Positions 28,528-40,984 of a DNA stretch of 64,000 bases are shown one piece after another. Origin of the DNA: an uncultured Pseudomonadota bacterium (GTDB lineage Bacteria; Pseudomonadota; Alphaproteobacteria; Rs-D84); assembly GCA_947307295.1 (NCBI GenBank), contig CAMZIQ010000003.1, forward strand, positions 2,743 through 66,742, written 5' to 3'. Below the pieces are notes generated by a model that worked only from the letters and a program-made list of their open reading frames with translations, made no database searches and had not been told where the DNA came from. Within the stretch, counting starts at the first letter, position 1, and the number at the start of each line of letters is the position of its first letter. The translations under genes and the position numbers were made by a program.

Positions 28528-30996
28528 TTAATCAACTATTGTTGGTGGGAAACAATCGCCGCCTGCATCAGGACAACAATTCCATCCATCATCACCCATA
28601 TCTGTATATGTTTCACCAGGACAGCAACCATTTTCATCAAAAGGCACGCCATCACCACAATCCAAAGTCGGTTCTGCTGGTGCAGCTGATGAAGAACCTT
28701 TTGCAAAAGGATTTATGATGTTGCCATCTGCATCATAACTTAATCCCAAAACTTCAGTATTATATTGTTTTTCTTTTTCTTCATCGCCACCAAATGTATT
28801 TTCCCATTTTCCAGTTGTCGCGTTCCAAGAAGTTCCATATTCTTCTTTTTTTGCGTCTGATTTTGCTTGGACTTGTTTGTTATACGCGTCTTGTTTTGCA
28901 TTATTTATCGCGGTATAATTTTGCGCTTCGCAATACGCCAATACTGTTCGATAATCATAACCAGAAGATACCCAAGAGCCATCATCTTTTATTGTGACTT
29001 TGCCATTTTTTTGTTCGCAATAGTTATTTAAGTTAAATGAACGAACTTGTCCTTTCCATGCGGCTATGTTTGCTTCTGATGCTGGTTGAACTTTATTTTT
29101 TAATTGTGACCATGAACGCCTTTCCGCATTTGTATCATACTTTGCTATTGCACATTTTTTATCGCTTTTTTCTGGGTCACCACAAGTGACAACCAAATCT
29201 ACCGGTGAAAATACATTTATACGTGTTCCTGCCGCAATAGAAAATGGTGGCACAGTATTATCAATTGCATCAACAATCAGTTTCTGGGTAATTTTATTCC
29301 AAGTATTTATAATATCTTGCTTTGCCATTTCCGAAGAACGAATAGTCCCAGATTGAACAATTGTATTATTGTCCAAATCAATTTGATTTATAACAGTATC
29401 TGTTATAGGTGCAATCATATTAACAGCCGCAGGCACCAAAGCCGTCAATATAGGCATAACCATTTGTTCAACATAATCAGTACTGCCATGACCTGGGACC
29501 CCCATGCGCCCTTGGGCATCGCCAGAATATGGATCTTGATCTTCCCCTTTGAAGTTAAATTCAACACCATCTGGACGGATAAATTGATACCATCTTATGT
29601 TCATGCGACCAAATGCCTGATAAGGTCCAGGTAATTCTCCTTCTAGATATCCCATTAACAATGTTCCTGTGGGGATAATTATTGTGCGTCCATTGTCTGA
29701 ATAAACATTTCTATCTACGGTTGCACGTACAGGAATGCTGTGATTTTTTCCTTGGGGTGTTTTACCATCTTTAGCATATCCATAAACACTTGGGTCCGCA
29801 CGAACTTCTGAAACTATCGTTGCAGGAATCGGTTTGAATTGACGTAATATAAAAGTCCTGTCGTATGGTTGTGATGAAACAATATGTTCTGGAGAAGAAG
29901 GTTCAAAACTTACATCAGAAACTTCATTTTTTGTTTCTTCAAATTTGCTTTTCCAGTCTGTTGCTTGTATATCACCTTCTACTTTCCATATTGCATCTTC
30001 GCCCCAAGACCCATTAACAGCACGTGCAGCCCTTGATTTTGATGAATCAGAATTTGATAATTGTGGAACTTTTAAATTTCTATCATGAACATTTCTGTAT
30101 CCGATATGGTCAGAATCAGTCCCAATTTTCGAACCATCTTTTAACGAAGTGATAACCCCAGTTTTTAAATTGTATTCACCCGTAGGTTTTGAACAATCTT
30201 TATCTGAAAATGGGTGAAAATAATTTGCACCACGTTCAGGTCTTATCCAGCCAATCTGACGACCAGAAGCATCATACCCAGGAATAGCAAATTCGGAACA
30301 TTGTTTCGGAGGCATGACAGGTCTTTCCGGTTTTTCAGGTGTTCCAACAGGTTCTTTATCAATTGGTTTTTCAAAAGGATTAGGAACCGCTATTTCACGT
30401 ATTTCATCATTTGGGTCCTTTTCAGGTTCTGGTTCTATAATCGGTTCTGGTTCCGGTTCGGGTTCAACAATTGGTTCCGGCTCAGGCTCTGGTTCCGGTT
30501 CAACAATTGGTTCTGGTTCTGCATAAGCACTAAAATCAACAGGAATTTCTGCTTGATTTATAATTTCTTCTTGGGATTCTACATACCAATTAATAACCAA
30601 AGTTGTTTGAGACTGTGTCTGGGGCGCAACTGGTTTATAAGTGACATTTATTTTGCAACCTGTTGTAGCCATATCCAAACAATCATTTGAAACTATGAAT
30701 CCTTTTGCTGATATTTTTGTGCTGTCTATGACAACAGGCATATTCACAGAAATATTTACAGCTTTACGAGAAACATCACCAACCTTTACATTTTCAAATT
30801 CAATACTATTTGGATTAAATTCAAACACAGGTGGTTGGTTGCCTTCTTCAACAGGCTTATCATTAGTAGATTTGCTGGTTATCAACAATGTCAACAATAT
30901 GATAACAATTAAAAAAGCCACGACCAACAACAACCATTGAACATATTTTGGTGTGCTGGAACGAAAATCGTCAAATTGTTCTTTTATGTTTTTCAT
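28528..30996 (-). CDS. virB10: VirB10/TrbI family T4SS core protein with extra domains
   Basis: N-terminal TM, PE linker, 'IPATIVSE', 'RNVYSDNG..IIPTGT', 'WYQFIRPDG', 'DAQGRMG', 'IAAGTRINVF'. Confidence 0.85.
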   Translation of the reverse strand: MKNIKEQFDDFRSSTPKYVQWLLLVVAFLIVIILLTLLITSKSTNDKPVEEGNQPPVFEFNPNSIEFENVKVGDVSRKAVNISVNMPVVIDSTKISAKGFIVSNDCLDMATTGCKINVTYKPVAPQTQSQTTLVINWYVESQEEIINQAEIPVDFSAYAEPEPIVEPEPEPEPEPIVEPEPEPEPIIEPEPEKDPNDEIREIAVPNPFEKPIDKEPVGTPEKPERPVMPPKQCSEFAIPGYDASGRQIGWIRPERGANYFHPFSDKDCSKPTGEYNLKTGVITSLKDGSKIGTDSDHIGYRNVHDRNLKVPQLSNSDSSKSRAARAVNGSWGEDAIWKVEGDIQATDWKSKFEETKNEVSDVSFEPSSPEHIVSSQPYDRTFILRQFKPIPATIVSEVRADPSVYGYAKDGKTPQGKNHSIPVRATVDRNVYSDNGRTIIIPTGTLLMGYLEGELPGPYQAFGRMNIRWYQFIRPDGVEFNFKGEDQDPYSGDAQGRMGVPGHGSTDYVEQMVMPILTALVPAAVNMIAPITDTVINQIDLDNNTIVQSGTIRSSEMAKQDIINTWNKITQKLIVDAIDNTVPPFSIAAGTRINVFSPVDLVVTCGDPEKSDKKCAIAKYDTNAERRSWSQLKNKVQPASEANIAAWKGQVRSFNLNNYCEQKNGKVTIKDDGSWVSSGYDYRTVLAYCEAQNYTAINNAKQDAYNKQVQAKSDAKKEEYGTSWNATTGKWENTFGGDEEKEKQYNTEVLGLSYDADGNIINPFAKGSSSAAPAEPTLDCGDGVPFDENGCCPGETYTDMGDDGWNCCPDAGGDCFPPTIVD
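30420..30520 (-). repeat. Pro-Glu coding repeat (EPEP) linker in VirB10
   Basis: EPEPIVEPEPEPEPEPIVEPEPEPEPIIEPEPE. Confidence 0.85.
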
Positions 30997-31002
30997 TTTG
31001 TT

Positions 31003-32478
31003 TTACTGTATTCTAACCACATGACAACTTGTATCACTGTACTTCAACAATTGATCACATAACTTTTGTGCAGTATCTATATCAGGCAAAGGACCTATGC
31101 GTAAACGATATAAATGTGCTGCTGAAGAATTTGTGCCCAAATCTCCGACACCTTGGGCATCAACAGCAAAGAATACACTATTTTCATACGGTGTTAAAAT
31201 ACCAACACCACTATCGCCACTAAATTTAGACAATAACTTAGCCCAATAATCATTCAATGCTTTAACAGAAGTGTCAGACTTTAATTCAACCGCAACCCCA
31301 GCCTGATTACTTGTAATCAATGGGATATTTGTTTGTGGTAAATAAGAACCTGCTGTTGCATGTGTCGCAGGAATAGCTTCGCCACCACCAGATACATTCA
31401 CGCCATCAACAGCGTATGCCATATTATTGGGTTGATTATAAACGTATGTAGGTGTTGTAGAATAATAATCATTTACGTTTGCATCTATTGCATATTGTTC
31501 GTCTGTGTATGCAATCGCGTTCAAGGATTGATTCGCCGCCAATGATTGAGCCACATTCGCTTCTGCCAAAGCCATTACAGATGCCGTATCCGCAATCAAG
31601 AATGGCTTTTCACGTTTTTTGATACATACAATTCTTTGCCCACTACGTAAAACCATATCCCCCACAGCTTCAACAATTAACAAGCGACCATCTTCGCCGT
31701 CTGTGCGGAAACTTACAGGACTTTCACCACCTTCGACCAGAAGAGATACCACAGGTCTTTGTGTCATGGAAATAACTTTATCCCCGAAATCAATGTATGT
31801 AAATATTCTATCACGCCATACGCGTTCAGGCGCAATCACATAATCATCAGGGTTTGGAACAAAGATATCCAAATCAAAACGGAATTCAGAAGGATCTATT
31901 TTCATAGTTTTTATCCAACCATAATCTTCGCCATCAACACCAATCGTAGACGTATTAGATGCCGCCTTTTTAAATATAGACCCCATCGTTCCAGAAGTTG
32001 TCGGTTTTGATGCAACAGCATTAGAACCACCGGCAGCAGAAATATCAACCTGAGAATAGGTGATTTCACCAGAATTAATAGGATATGCACGCAAATAAAA
32101 TATGTATGTATTACCAGATTGTCCCGTCACAATCATATTTGTATCGTTTCCATTGTTGCCGGAAGATGGAGTTATGTACATTGTCTGAGAACCTTGTGCG
32201 GTATCAATACTGAACAACGATTCATCGCCCGTGACAACATCAGCAATTTTTTCACCCGCAGGCAAATTTACCAAAGTTGCCATCCCTGCACGCGTTTTTA
32301 TCGGTAATACAGTTCCCGTAGACCATGTTAAATTAGCATAACCAGGTTTTGTGGAACCATTCGTCATATTTGCATTTGGATTATCCCAGGCTTGCTGAAA
32401 AACTGCCATTGCAGGACAAGTACAACAAAGCACCGCCACCAAAGAAACATTCATTTTAAAAAATTTCATAAGAGTCAT
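31003..32478 (-). CDS. virB9: VirB9/TrbG family T4SS protein fused to a C-terminal SPOR domain
   Basis: Signal peptide, 'DTNMIV', 'PERVWRDRIFTYIDF', 'VLRSGQRIVCI'; SPOR 'YRLRIGPL..AQKLC..L'. Confidence 0.85.
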   Translation of the reverse strand: MTLMKFFKMNVSLVAVLCCTCPAMAVFQQAWDNPNANMTNGSTKPGYANLTWSTGTVLPIKTRAGMATLVNLPAGEKIADVVTGDESLFSIDTAQGSQTMYITPSSGNNGNDTNMIVTGQSGNTYIFYLRAYPINSGEITYSQVDISAAGGSNAVASKPTTSGTMGSIFKKAASNTSTIGVDGEDYGWIKTMKIDPSEFRFDLDIFVPNPDDYVIAPERVWRDRIFTYIDFGDKVISMTQRPVVSLLVEGGESPVSFRTDGEDGRLLIVEAVGDMVLRSGQRIVCIKKREKPFLIADTASVMALAEANVAQSLAANQSLNAIAYTDEQYAIDANVNDYYSTTPTYVYNQPNNMAYAVDGVNVSGGGEAIPATHATAGSYLPQTNIPLITSNQAGVAVELKSDTSVKALNDYWAKLLSKFSGDSGVGILTPYENSVFFAVDAQGVGDLGTNSSAAHLYRLRIGPLPDIDTAQKLCDQLLKYSDTSCHVVRIQ

Positions 32479-32507
32479 AGCTCACAATCCTTTCCTTTCA
32501 AATATTT

Positions 32508-33266
32508 TTATAAAAAGCCCTTATCTGAATCCAACGGGTCGCTGTGGTCTGATGTATTACCATCAACACTTAAAACCTTATATTCTATGACCCTGGTTCC
32601 CAATGGATTGGAAAGCAGTTTGTTCAGATTTTCCGGCCTTTTATCCAATACAGAATCTATCTTTATTCGTATCATATAATTTTTTTGCACAGTCTGTCTA
32701 CCACTATTTTTACAAATCCATACAAAATTCACAACGTATTCATTATAGTCGCTGTACCTGGGGGTAGTATCATTTATGGCTTGCTCTTGGGATGTTCCTG
32801 AAAAATTAACAGAACAAGAAAGCGCAGGCGGCTGATCGCCAGATGCGTAATCCATGTAATCTGAATATAATGCTGTTTTCGTAAAAGCAGAATATACCGA
32901 ATCGCTGGACCAACTTTTTACCACATTTGCCCAATTTCTTCTGGTTAAGCTCGCTTCTTTATACAAAGTATTTCGTGCGATGACGTATTCACGGACAAAT
33001 CCCTGTTTGTAATTAGCAAGCGCGCGCGGATTGGTTTTTTCTGGAATTAACGGTTCTATGACAGTATTCACAGAACGAGTTGGCGATAATAAAAAGAACA
33101 CTTCTGGTCTTTCCAGCGGAATTAACTTTATCAAAGAAAACACCAACACAGCCAGCACAACAATTGACGTTGCCAGCATAAACATCAGTATTCTTGATAT
33201 CAAAATCGGCGGTTCTATTATCTTTGCCACGTGAACTCCCACATTATGTATTTTGATTCTAGACAA
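32508..33266 (-). CDS. virB8: VirB8/TrbF family T4SS protein
   Basis: One TM, 'FVREYVIARN', C-terminal 'NPLGTRVIEY'; TTG start uncertain. Confidence 0.8.
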   Translation of the reverse strand: MSRIKIHNVGVHVAKIIEPPILISRILMFMLATSIVVLAVLVFSLIKLIPLERPEVFFLLSPTRSVNTVIEPLIPEKTNPRALANYKQGFVREYVIARNTLYKEASLTRRNWANVVKSWSSDSVYSAFTKTALYSDYMDYASGDQPPALSCSVNFSGTSQEQAINDTTPRYSDYNEYVVNFVWICKNSGRQTVQKNYMIRIKIDSVLDKRPENLNKLLSNPLGTRVIEYKVLSVDGNTSDHSDPLDSDKGFL

Positions 33267-33498
33267 TTTTATTTAACTAGCGCAAGTAAAAAAATTATAA
33301 ATTTTGATAATTATTAGTTATTCATAAATTATTGATAATTAAACGATTGTTTTTTTGCTTGCGATAATTTTTTAAAAATATTATAATATTTCCGCTTGAT
33401 TTTTAATATAGGTGTGCTATGCTCTCAACGATTATCAATGTAATAATGGCGAAATGCTGGGTATTTTTGATGGGGGTTGATGCGTAGAATTTTGTAAA

Positions 33499-33572
33499 AG
33501 GGGCTTAGTTCAACGGTAGAATATCGGTCTCCAAAACCGCGGATGAGGGTTCGATTCCTTCAGCCCCTGCCA
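33499..33572 (+). tRNA. tRNA-Trp (CCA)
   Basis: AGGGGCT/AGCCCCT acceptor, CT-CCA-AA loop, GGTTCGATTCC, CCA end; upstream of secE. Confidence 0.95.
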
Positions 33573-33614
33573 GAGAAAAACATTGATACAACATGGCGAA
33601 AAACTGGGAAAAAT

Positions 33615-33794
33615 ATGAAAAAAATAATAGATTTTATTAAATCAGTGCGCAGTGAATGGTTCAAGATTGTTTGGCCAACACGTGAAACAGTTATACATAC
33701 TACATTTATGATATTGGTATTTTCTGGTTTGGCTGCGTTGTTCTTTTTTATTATAGACAGCATTTTGAATGCTTTGGTGAACTGGATTTTCTAA
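33615..33794 (+). CDS. secE: Preprotein translocase subunit SecE
   Basis: 'VRSEWFKIVWPTR' plus TM; lies between tRNA-Trp and nusG. Confidence 0.92.
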   Translation: MKKIIDFIKSVRSEWFKIVWPTRETVIHTTFMILVFSGLAALFFFIIDSILNALVNWIF

Positions 33795-33814
33795 AAGAAT
33801 AAAAGGAAGACAGC

Positions 33815-34360
33815 ATGGAAGAAAAAATGCAGTGGTTTGTCGTTAACGTTCATACTTCTTGTGAAGACAAGGTTGCACGTGAGTTGCGTGAACAGATTGA
33901 TAAACGTAAATTAAATGCTTATTTTGGTGAAATATTGGTTCCTACACGTGAAGTTTCTGAAATAAAAGCAGGAAAGCGTGTAAAAACAGAGAAAAAGTTT
34001 TTCCCAGGTTATATCGTTGTTCAAATGGTTATGAATAATGAAACTTTTTCTTTGGTTAAATTGATGCCCCAGGTTGTCATGTTCTTGGGTCAAAAGGTTA
34101 AAAATCAATCAAAGCCAATTCCTATTAGTGAAGCAGAAGCTCGTCGTTTGTTAAAGCAAGTCGAAGAAGGTTCTGTTGTCACAGAAGATACTGTCTATGA
34201 AGAAGGTCAAGAAGTGCATGTTATCGATGGGCCTTTTGCGAACTTTAATGGTATCGCATCAAATGTTGATAATGTGAAACAAAAAATGACAGTGACGATT
34301 TTAGTATTTGGGCGTGAAACTAGTGTTGAACTAGATTTCTCCCAGGTAGAAAGAATTTAG
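33815..34360 (+). CDS. nusG: Transcription factor NusG
   Basis: FFPGY, IDGPFANF, FGRET. Confidence 0.97.
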   Translation: MEEKMQWFVVNVHTSCEDKVARELREQIDKRKLNAYFGEILVPTREVSEIKAGKRVKTEKKFFPGYIVVQMVMNNETFSLVKLMPQVVMFLGQKVKNQSKPIPISEAEARRLLKQVEEGSVVTEDTVYEEGQEVHVIDGPFANFNGIASNVDNVKQKMTVTILVFGRETSVELDFSQVERI

Positions 34361-34375
34361 TCTTTATGGCTGAAT

Positions 34376-34408
34376 ACCGTGGTAGATGCGCCACATCGCA
34401 CCACGACA
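34376..34408 (+). promoter_or_regulatory. Putative L1-binding leader hairpin of rplKA
   Basis: CGTGGT...ACCACG stem upstream of rplK. Confidence 0.5.
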
Positions 34409-34451
34409 CTAACCAGATGTGAAAACATCATAACAAAAAACGGAGTGAAAA

Positions 34452-34883
34452 ATGGCAAAAAAAGAACTTAAAGGGATTGTAAAATTAGTAGTCCCTGCAA
34501 AACAAGCAAATCCTGCGCCTCCAATTGGACCTGCGTTGGGTGCTGCTGGTGTTAACATCGCAGAATTCTGCAAACAATTTAATGACAAAACAGCTGATAA
34601 AGAACCAGGAATGCCAATTCCTTGCATAATTACTGTTTATACAGATCGCACTTTCGAATTCATTATGAAATTGCCACCTGTGTCATATTATATTAAAAAA
34701 GCGTTAAAATTGAAAACTGGTTCTCATAAACCAGGTCGTGAATTTGTTGGCACTATTACAAAAGCACAAATTGAAGAAATTGCAAAGAACAAAATGCCTG
34801 ATTTGAATTGTTCCACAATTGAATCTGCAATGAATATCGTTGCTGGTCAATGTCGTTCTATGGGTGTAAAGGTGGAGGGCTAA
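34452..34883 (+). CDS. rplK: 50S ribosomal protein L11
   Basis: ANPAPPIGPALG, FCKQFN. Confidence 0.98.
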   Translation: MAKKELKGIVKLVVPAKQANPAPPIGPALGAAGVNIAEFCKQFNDKTADKEPGMPIPCIITVYTDRTFEFIMKLPPVSYYIKKALKLKTGSHKPGREFVGTITKAQIEEIAKNKMPDLNCSTIESAMNIVAGQCRSMGVKVEG

Positions 34884-34886
34884 GTC

Positions 34887-35561
34887 ATGAAAATTACAAA
34901 AAGAAAACAAACTTGGTCCACATTGGATTCTAAAAAAGTTTACACATTAAACGAAGCTATTGAAACATTGCGTGGTTTTTGTTCTTCTAAATTTGATGAA
35001 AGTTTAGAAATTGCAATCAGATTGGGTATTGATGTGACCAAAGCTGATCAAAATATCCGTGGTATGTTATCTTTGCCAAATGGCACAGGTAAAAAAGTCC
35101 GCGTTGCAGTATTTACTGTGAACAGCCAAGACGAAGCCAAGAAAGCTGGCGCAGATGTTGTCGGTGGTGAAGAATTGATTGAAAAAGTAGCTGGTGGATT
35201 TTTGGATTTTGATCGTGTTATCGCAACACCTGATATGATGCCAAAAATGTCAAAAGTTGCTCGTGTTTTGGGACCAAAAGGCTTAATGCCAAATCCAAAA
35301 TTAGGCACAGTCACTAACAATGTTGCAGAAGCAGTTGCCAGCGCAAAAGCAGGACAAATTGAATACCGTGCTGAAAAGAAAGGTATTATCCATGCTGGTA
35401 TTGGTAAAATGTCTTTTGCTACAGACAAATTGGTCGAAAATGCAAACGCATTAATTGAACAATTGAAAAAAGTTAAACCTGCATCTGCTAAGGGTCAATA
35501 TATCTTGGGATGCAGCGTTGCTACAACCCAAGGCCCAGGCTTAAAGGTTGAAGTAAAATAA
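34887..35561 (+). CDS. rplA: 50S ribosomal protein L1
   Basis: KFDES, LPNGTGK, LGPKGLMPNPKLGT. Confidence 0.98.
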   Translation: MKITKRKQTWSTLDSKKVYTLNEAIETLRGFCSSKFDESLEIAIRLGIDVTKADQNIRGMLSLPNGTGKKVRVAVFTVNSQDEAKKAGADVVGGEELIEKVAGGFLDFDRVIATPDMMPKMSKVARVLGPKGLMPNPKLGTVTNNVAEAVASAKAGQIEYRAEKKGIIHAGIGKMSFATDKLVENANALIEQLKKVKPASAKGQYILGCSVATTQGPGLKVEVK

Positions 35562-35597
35562 TTTATGGTGGGGAAACCCACCATAAAAATGGATTTC

Positions 35598-35650
35598 TGT
35601 CCGAGACTGATGGTGTGAAGAAAATCACTTAATTTCCATCATAGACAAAG
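35598..35650 (+). promoter_or_regulatory. L10 leader (rplJL autoregulatory RNA)
   Basis: 'GTCCGAGACTGATGG...TTAAT...CCATCATAGAC' pattern upstream of rplJ. Confidence 0.7.
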
Positions 35651-35737
35651 AAAGATTCTTTGGGGCAGAAAACAAAGCCCCACCGGTGGGAAACCACAGA
35701 TGGAAAGATTAACAAAAAGCTTAAAAGGATATATAAG

Positions 35738-36217
35738 ATGAGACGCGAACAAAAATCAGATTTGATTTCAGCGTTGCAGTCGTCCTTGAAAGAAGCAGAC
35801 GGTGTTTTCGTCATTGAAAACCATGGTTTGACTGTGAAAGAAATGGAAACTTTGCGTAATGAATTACGTCCATTGGTTTCTGTTTTCAAAGTTGTCAAAA
35901 ACCGTTTGATGAAATTGGCATTAAAAGATACCAATTTTGAAGCTGTATCTGATTTTATGAAACATCCAACAGCCGTTGCAGTTGCAACAGATGCGTTGGC
36001 TGTGACAAAAGTTTTGGCAAAATTTGCCGAAGAACACCAAAAATTAACAATTATTGGTGGTAAAATAGATGCAGAACTTCTTGATGTGAACGGCGTTGTG
36101 CAATTATCCAAGCTTCCATCATTGCTTGAAATTCGTGGTACTATCGCACGTATATTGGTAGAACCAGCATCACGTTTGGCACGTGTTTCAGCAGAGTATG
36201 GAAAAAAACAAAATTAA
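35738..36217 (+). CDS. rplJ: 50S ribosomal protein L10
   Basis: 'GLTV', 'VVKNRL', 'LSKLPS'; SD AAGGA before ATG 35738. Confidence 0.96.
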   Translation: MRREQKSDLISALQSSLKEADGVFVIENHGLTVKEMETLRNELRPLVSVFKVVKNRLMKLALKDTNFEAVSDFMKHPTAVAVATDALAVTKVLAKFAEEHQKLTIIGGKIDAELLDVNGVVQLSKLPSLLEIRGTIARILVEPASRLARVSAEYGKKQN

Positions 36218-36238
36218 AAACTCAATAAGGAGTAAAAA

Positions 36239-36607
36239 ATGGCAGATATTCAAAAAATAGTTGAAGAATTGTCAAAATTGACTGTTCAAGAAGCAGTTGA
36301 ATTATCAAAAGCATTGGAAGAAACATGGGGCGTAAGTGCTGCTGCTGCTGTTGCAGTTGCTGCTGGTCCTGCTGCCGGTGCTGCAGCTGAAGAAAAAACA
36401 GAATTTGATGTTATCTTGGCAGATGCCGGTGCAAACAAATTGGCTGTTATCAAAGCTGTTAAAGACATCACAGGTTTGGGTTTAGGCGAAGCAAAAGCTT
36501 TGGTTGAATCTGCACCTAAGGCTGTTAAAGAAGCAGTTGCAAAAGATGAAGCTGAAAAAATGAAAGCTACATTAGAAGCAGCTGGCGCAAAAGTAGAAAT
36601 GAAATAA
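36239..36607 (+). CDS. rplL: 50S ribosomal protein L7/L12
   Basis: [16 protein letters not shown]. Confidence 0.98.
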   Translation: MADIQKIVEELSKLTVQEAVELSKALEETWGVSAAAAVAVAAGPAAGAAAEEKTEFDVILADAGANKLAVIKAVKDITGLGLGEAKALVESAPKAVKEAVAKDEAEKMKATLEAAGAKVEMK

Positions 36608-36771
36608 TTTCTGCTGGAATCGATGATTCCAAAACTAAATTGCATTCTATGCAATTTCGCCGCCCGCCAAGATGAAAAATTCTGTGGCGGGCACACAGGC
36701 GTAAAAAGGTGATAAACTTTTTTCGTTTGCAAAATAAAAACACAGAAGAGAAAAATAAAAGGATTCAGAAA

Positions 36772-40908
<4,137 letters not shown>

Positions 40909-40984
40909 TGGCTGGGCCATCAGGCAACGCAAGTTGCCTGCCGGCCACAAGGCACTTTTAGTGACATAAAAGGAGCAAAAACAA

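Noticed and set aside
30420..30520. Possible CRISPR or tandem DNA array
   Set aside because: Degenerate 6-nt units encoding the Pro-Glu linker of VirB10; no spacers or cas genes anywhere in the window.
28528..33572. ICE integrated at tRNA-Trp
   Set aside because: The virB genes lie on the 5' side of the tRNA, and no integrase, relaxase or att duplication was seen.
33543..33614. Longer or frameshifted secE start (ATG near 33594 would give MAKTGKNMKK if one A were removed)
   Set aside because: The ORF-track start overlaps the tRNA; ATG 33615 gives a normal-length single-TM SecE, so no frameshift is needed.
35660..36771. N-terminal extensions of rplJ and rpoB in the ORF track
   Set aside because: Upstream TTG/GTG starts fall in leader RNA; SD-supported ATGs are at 35738 and 36772.
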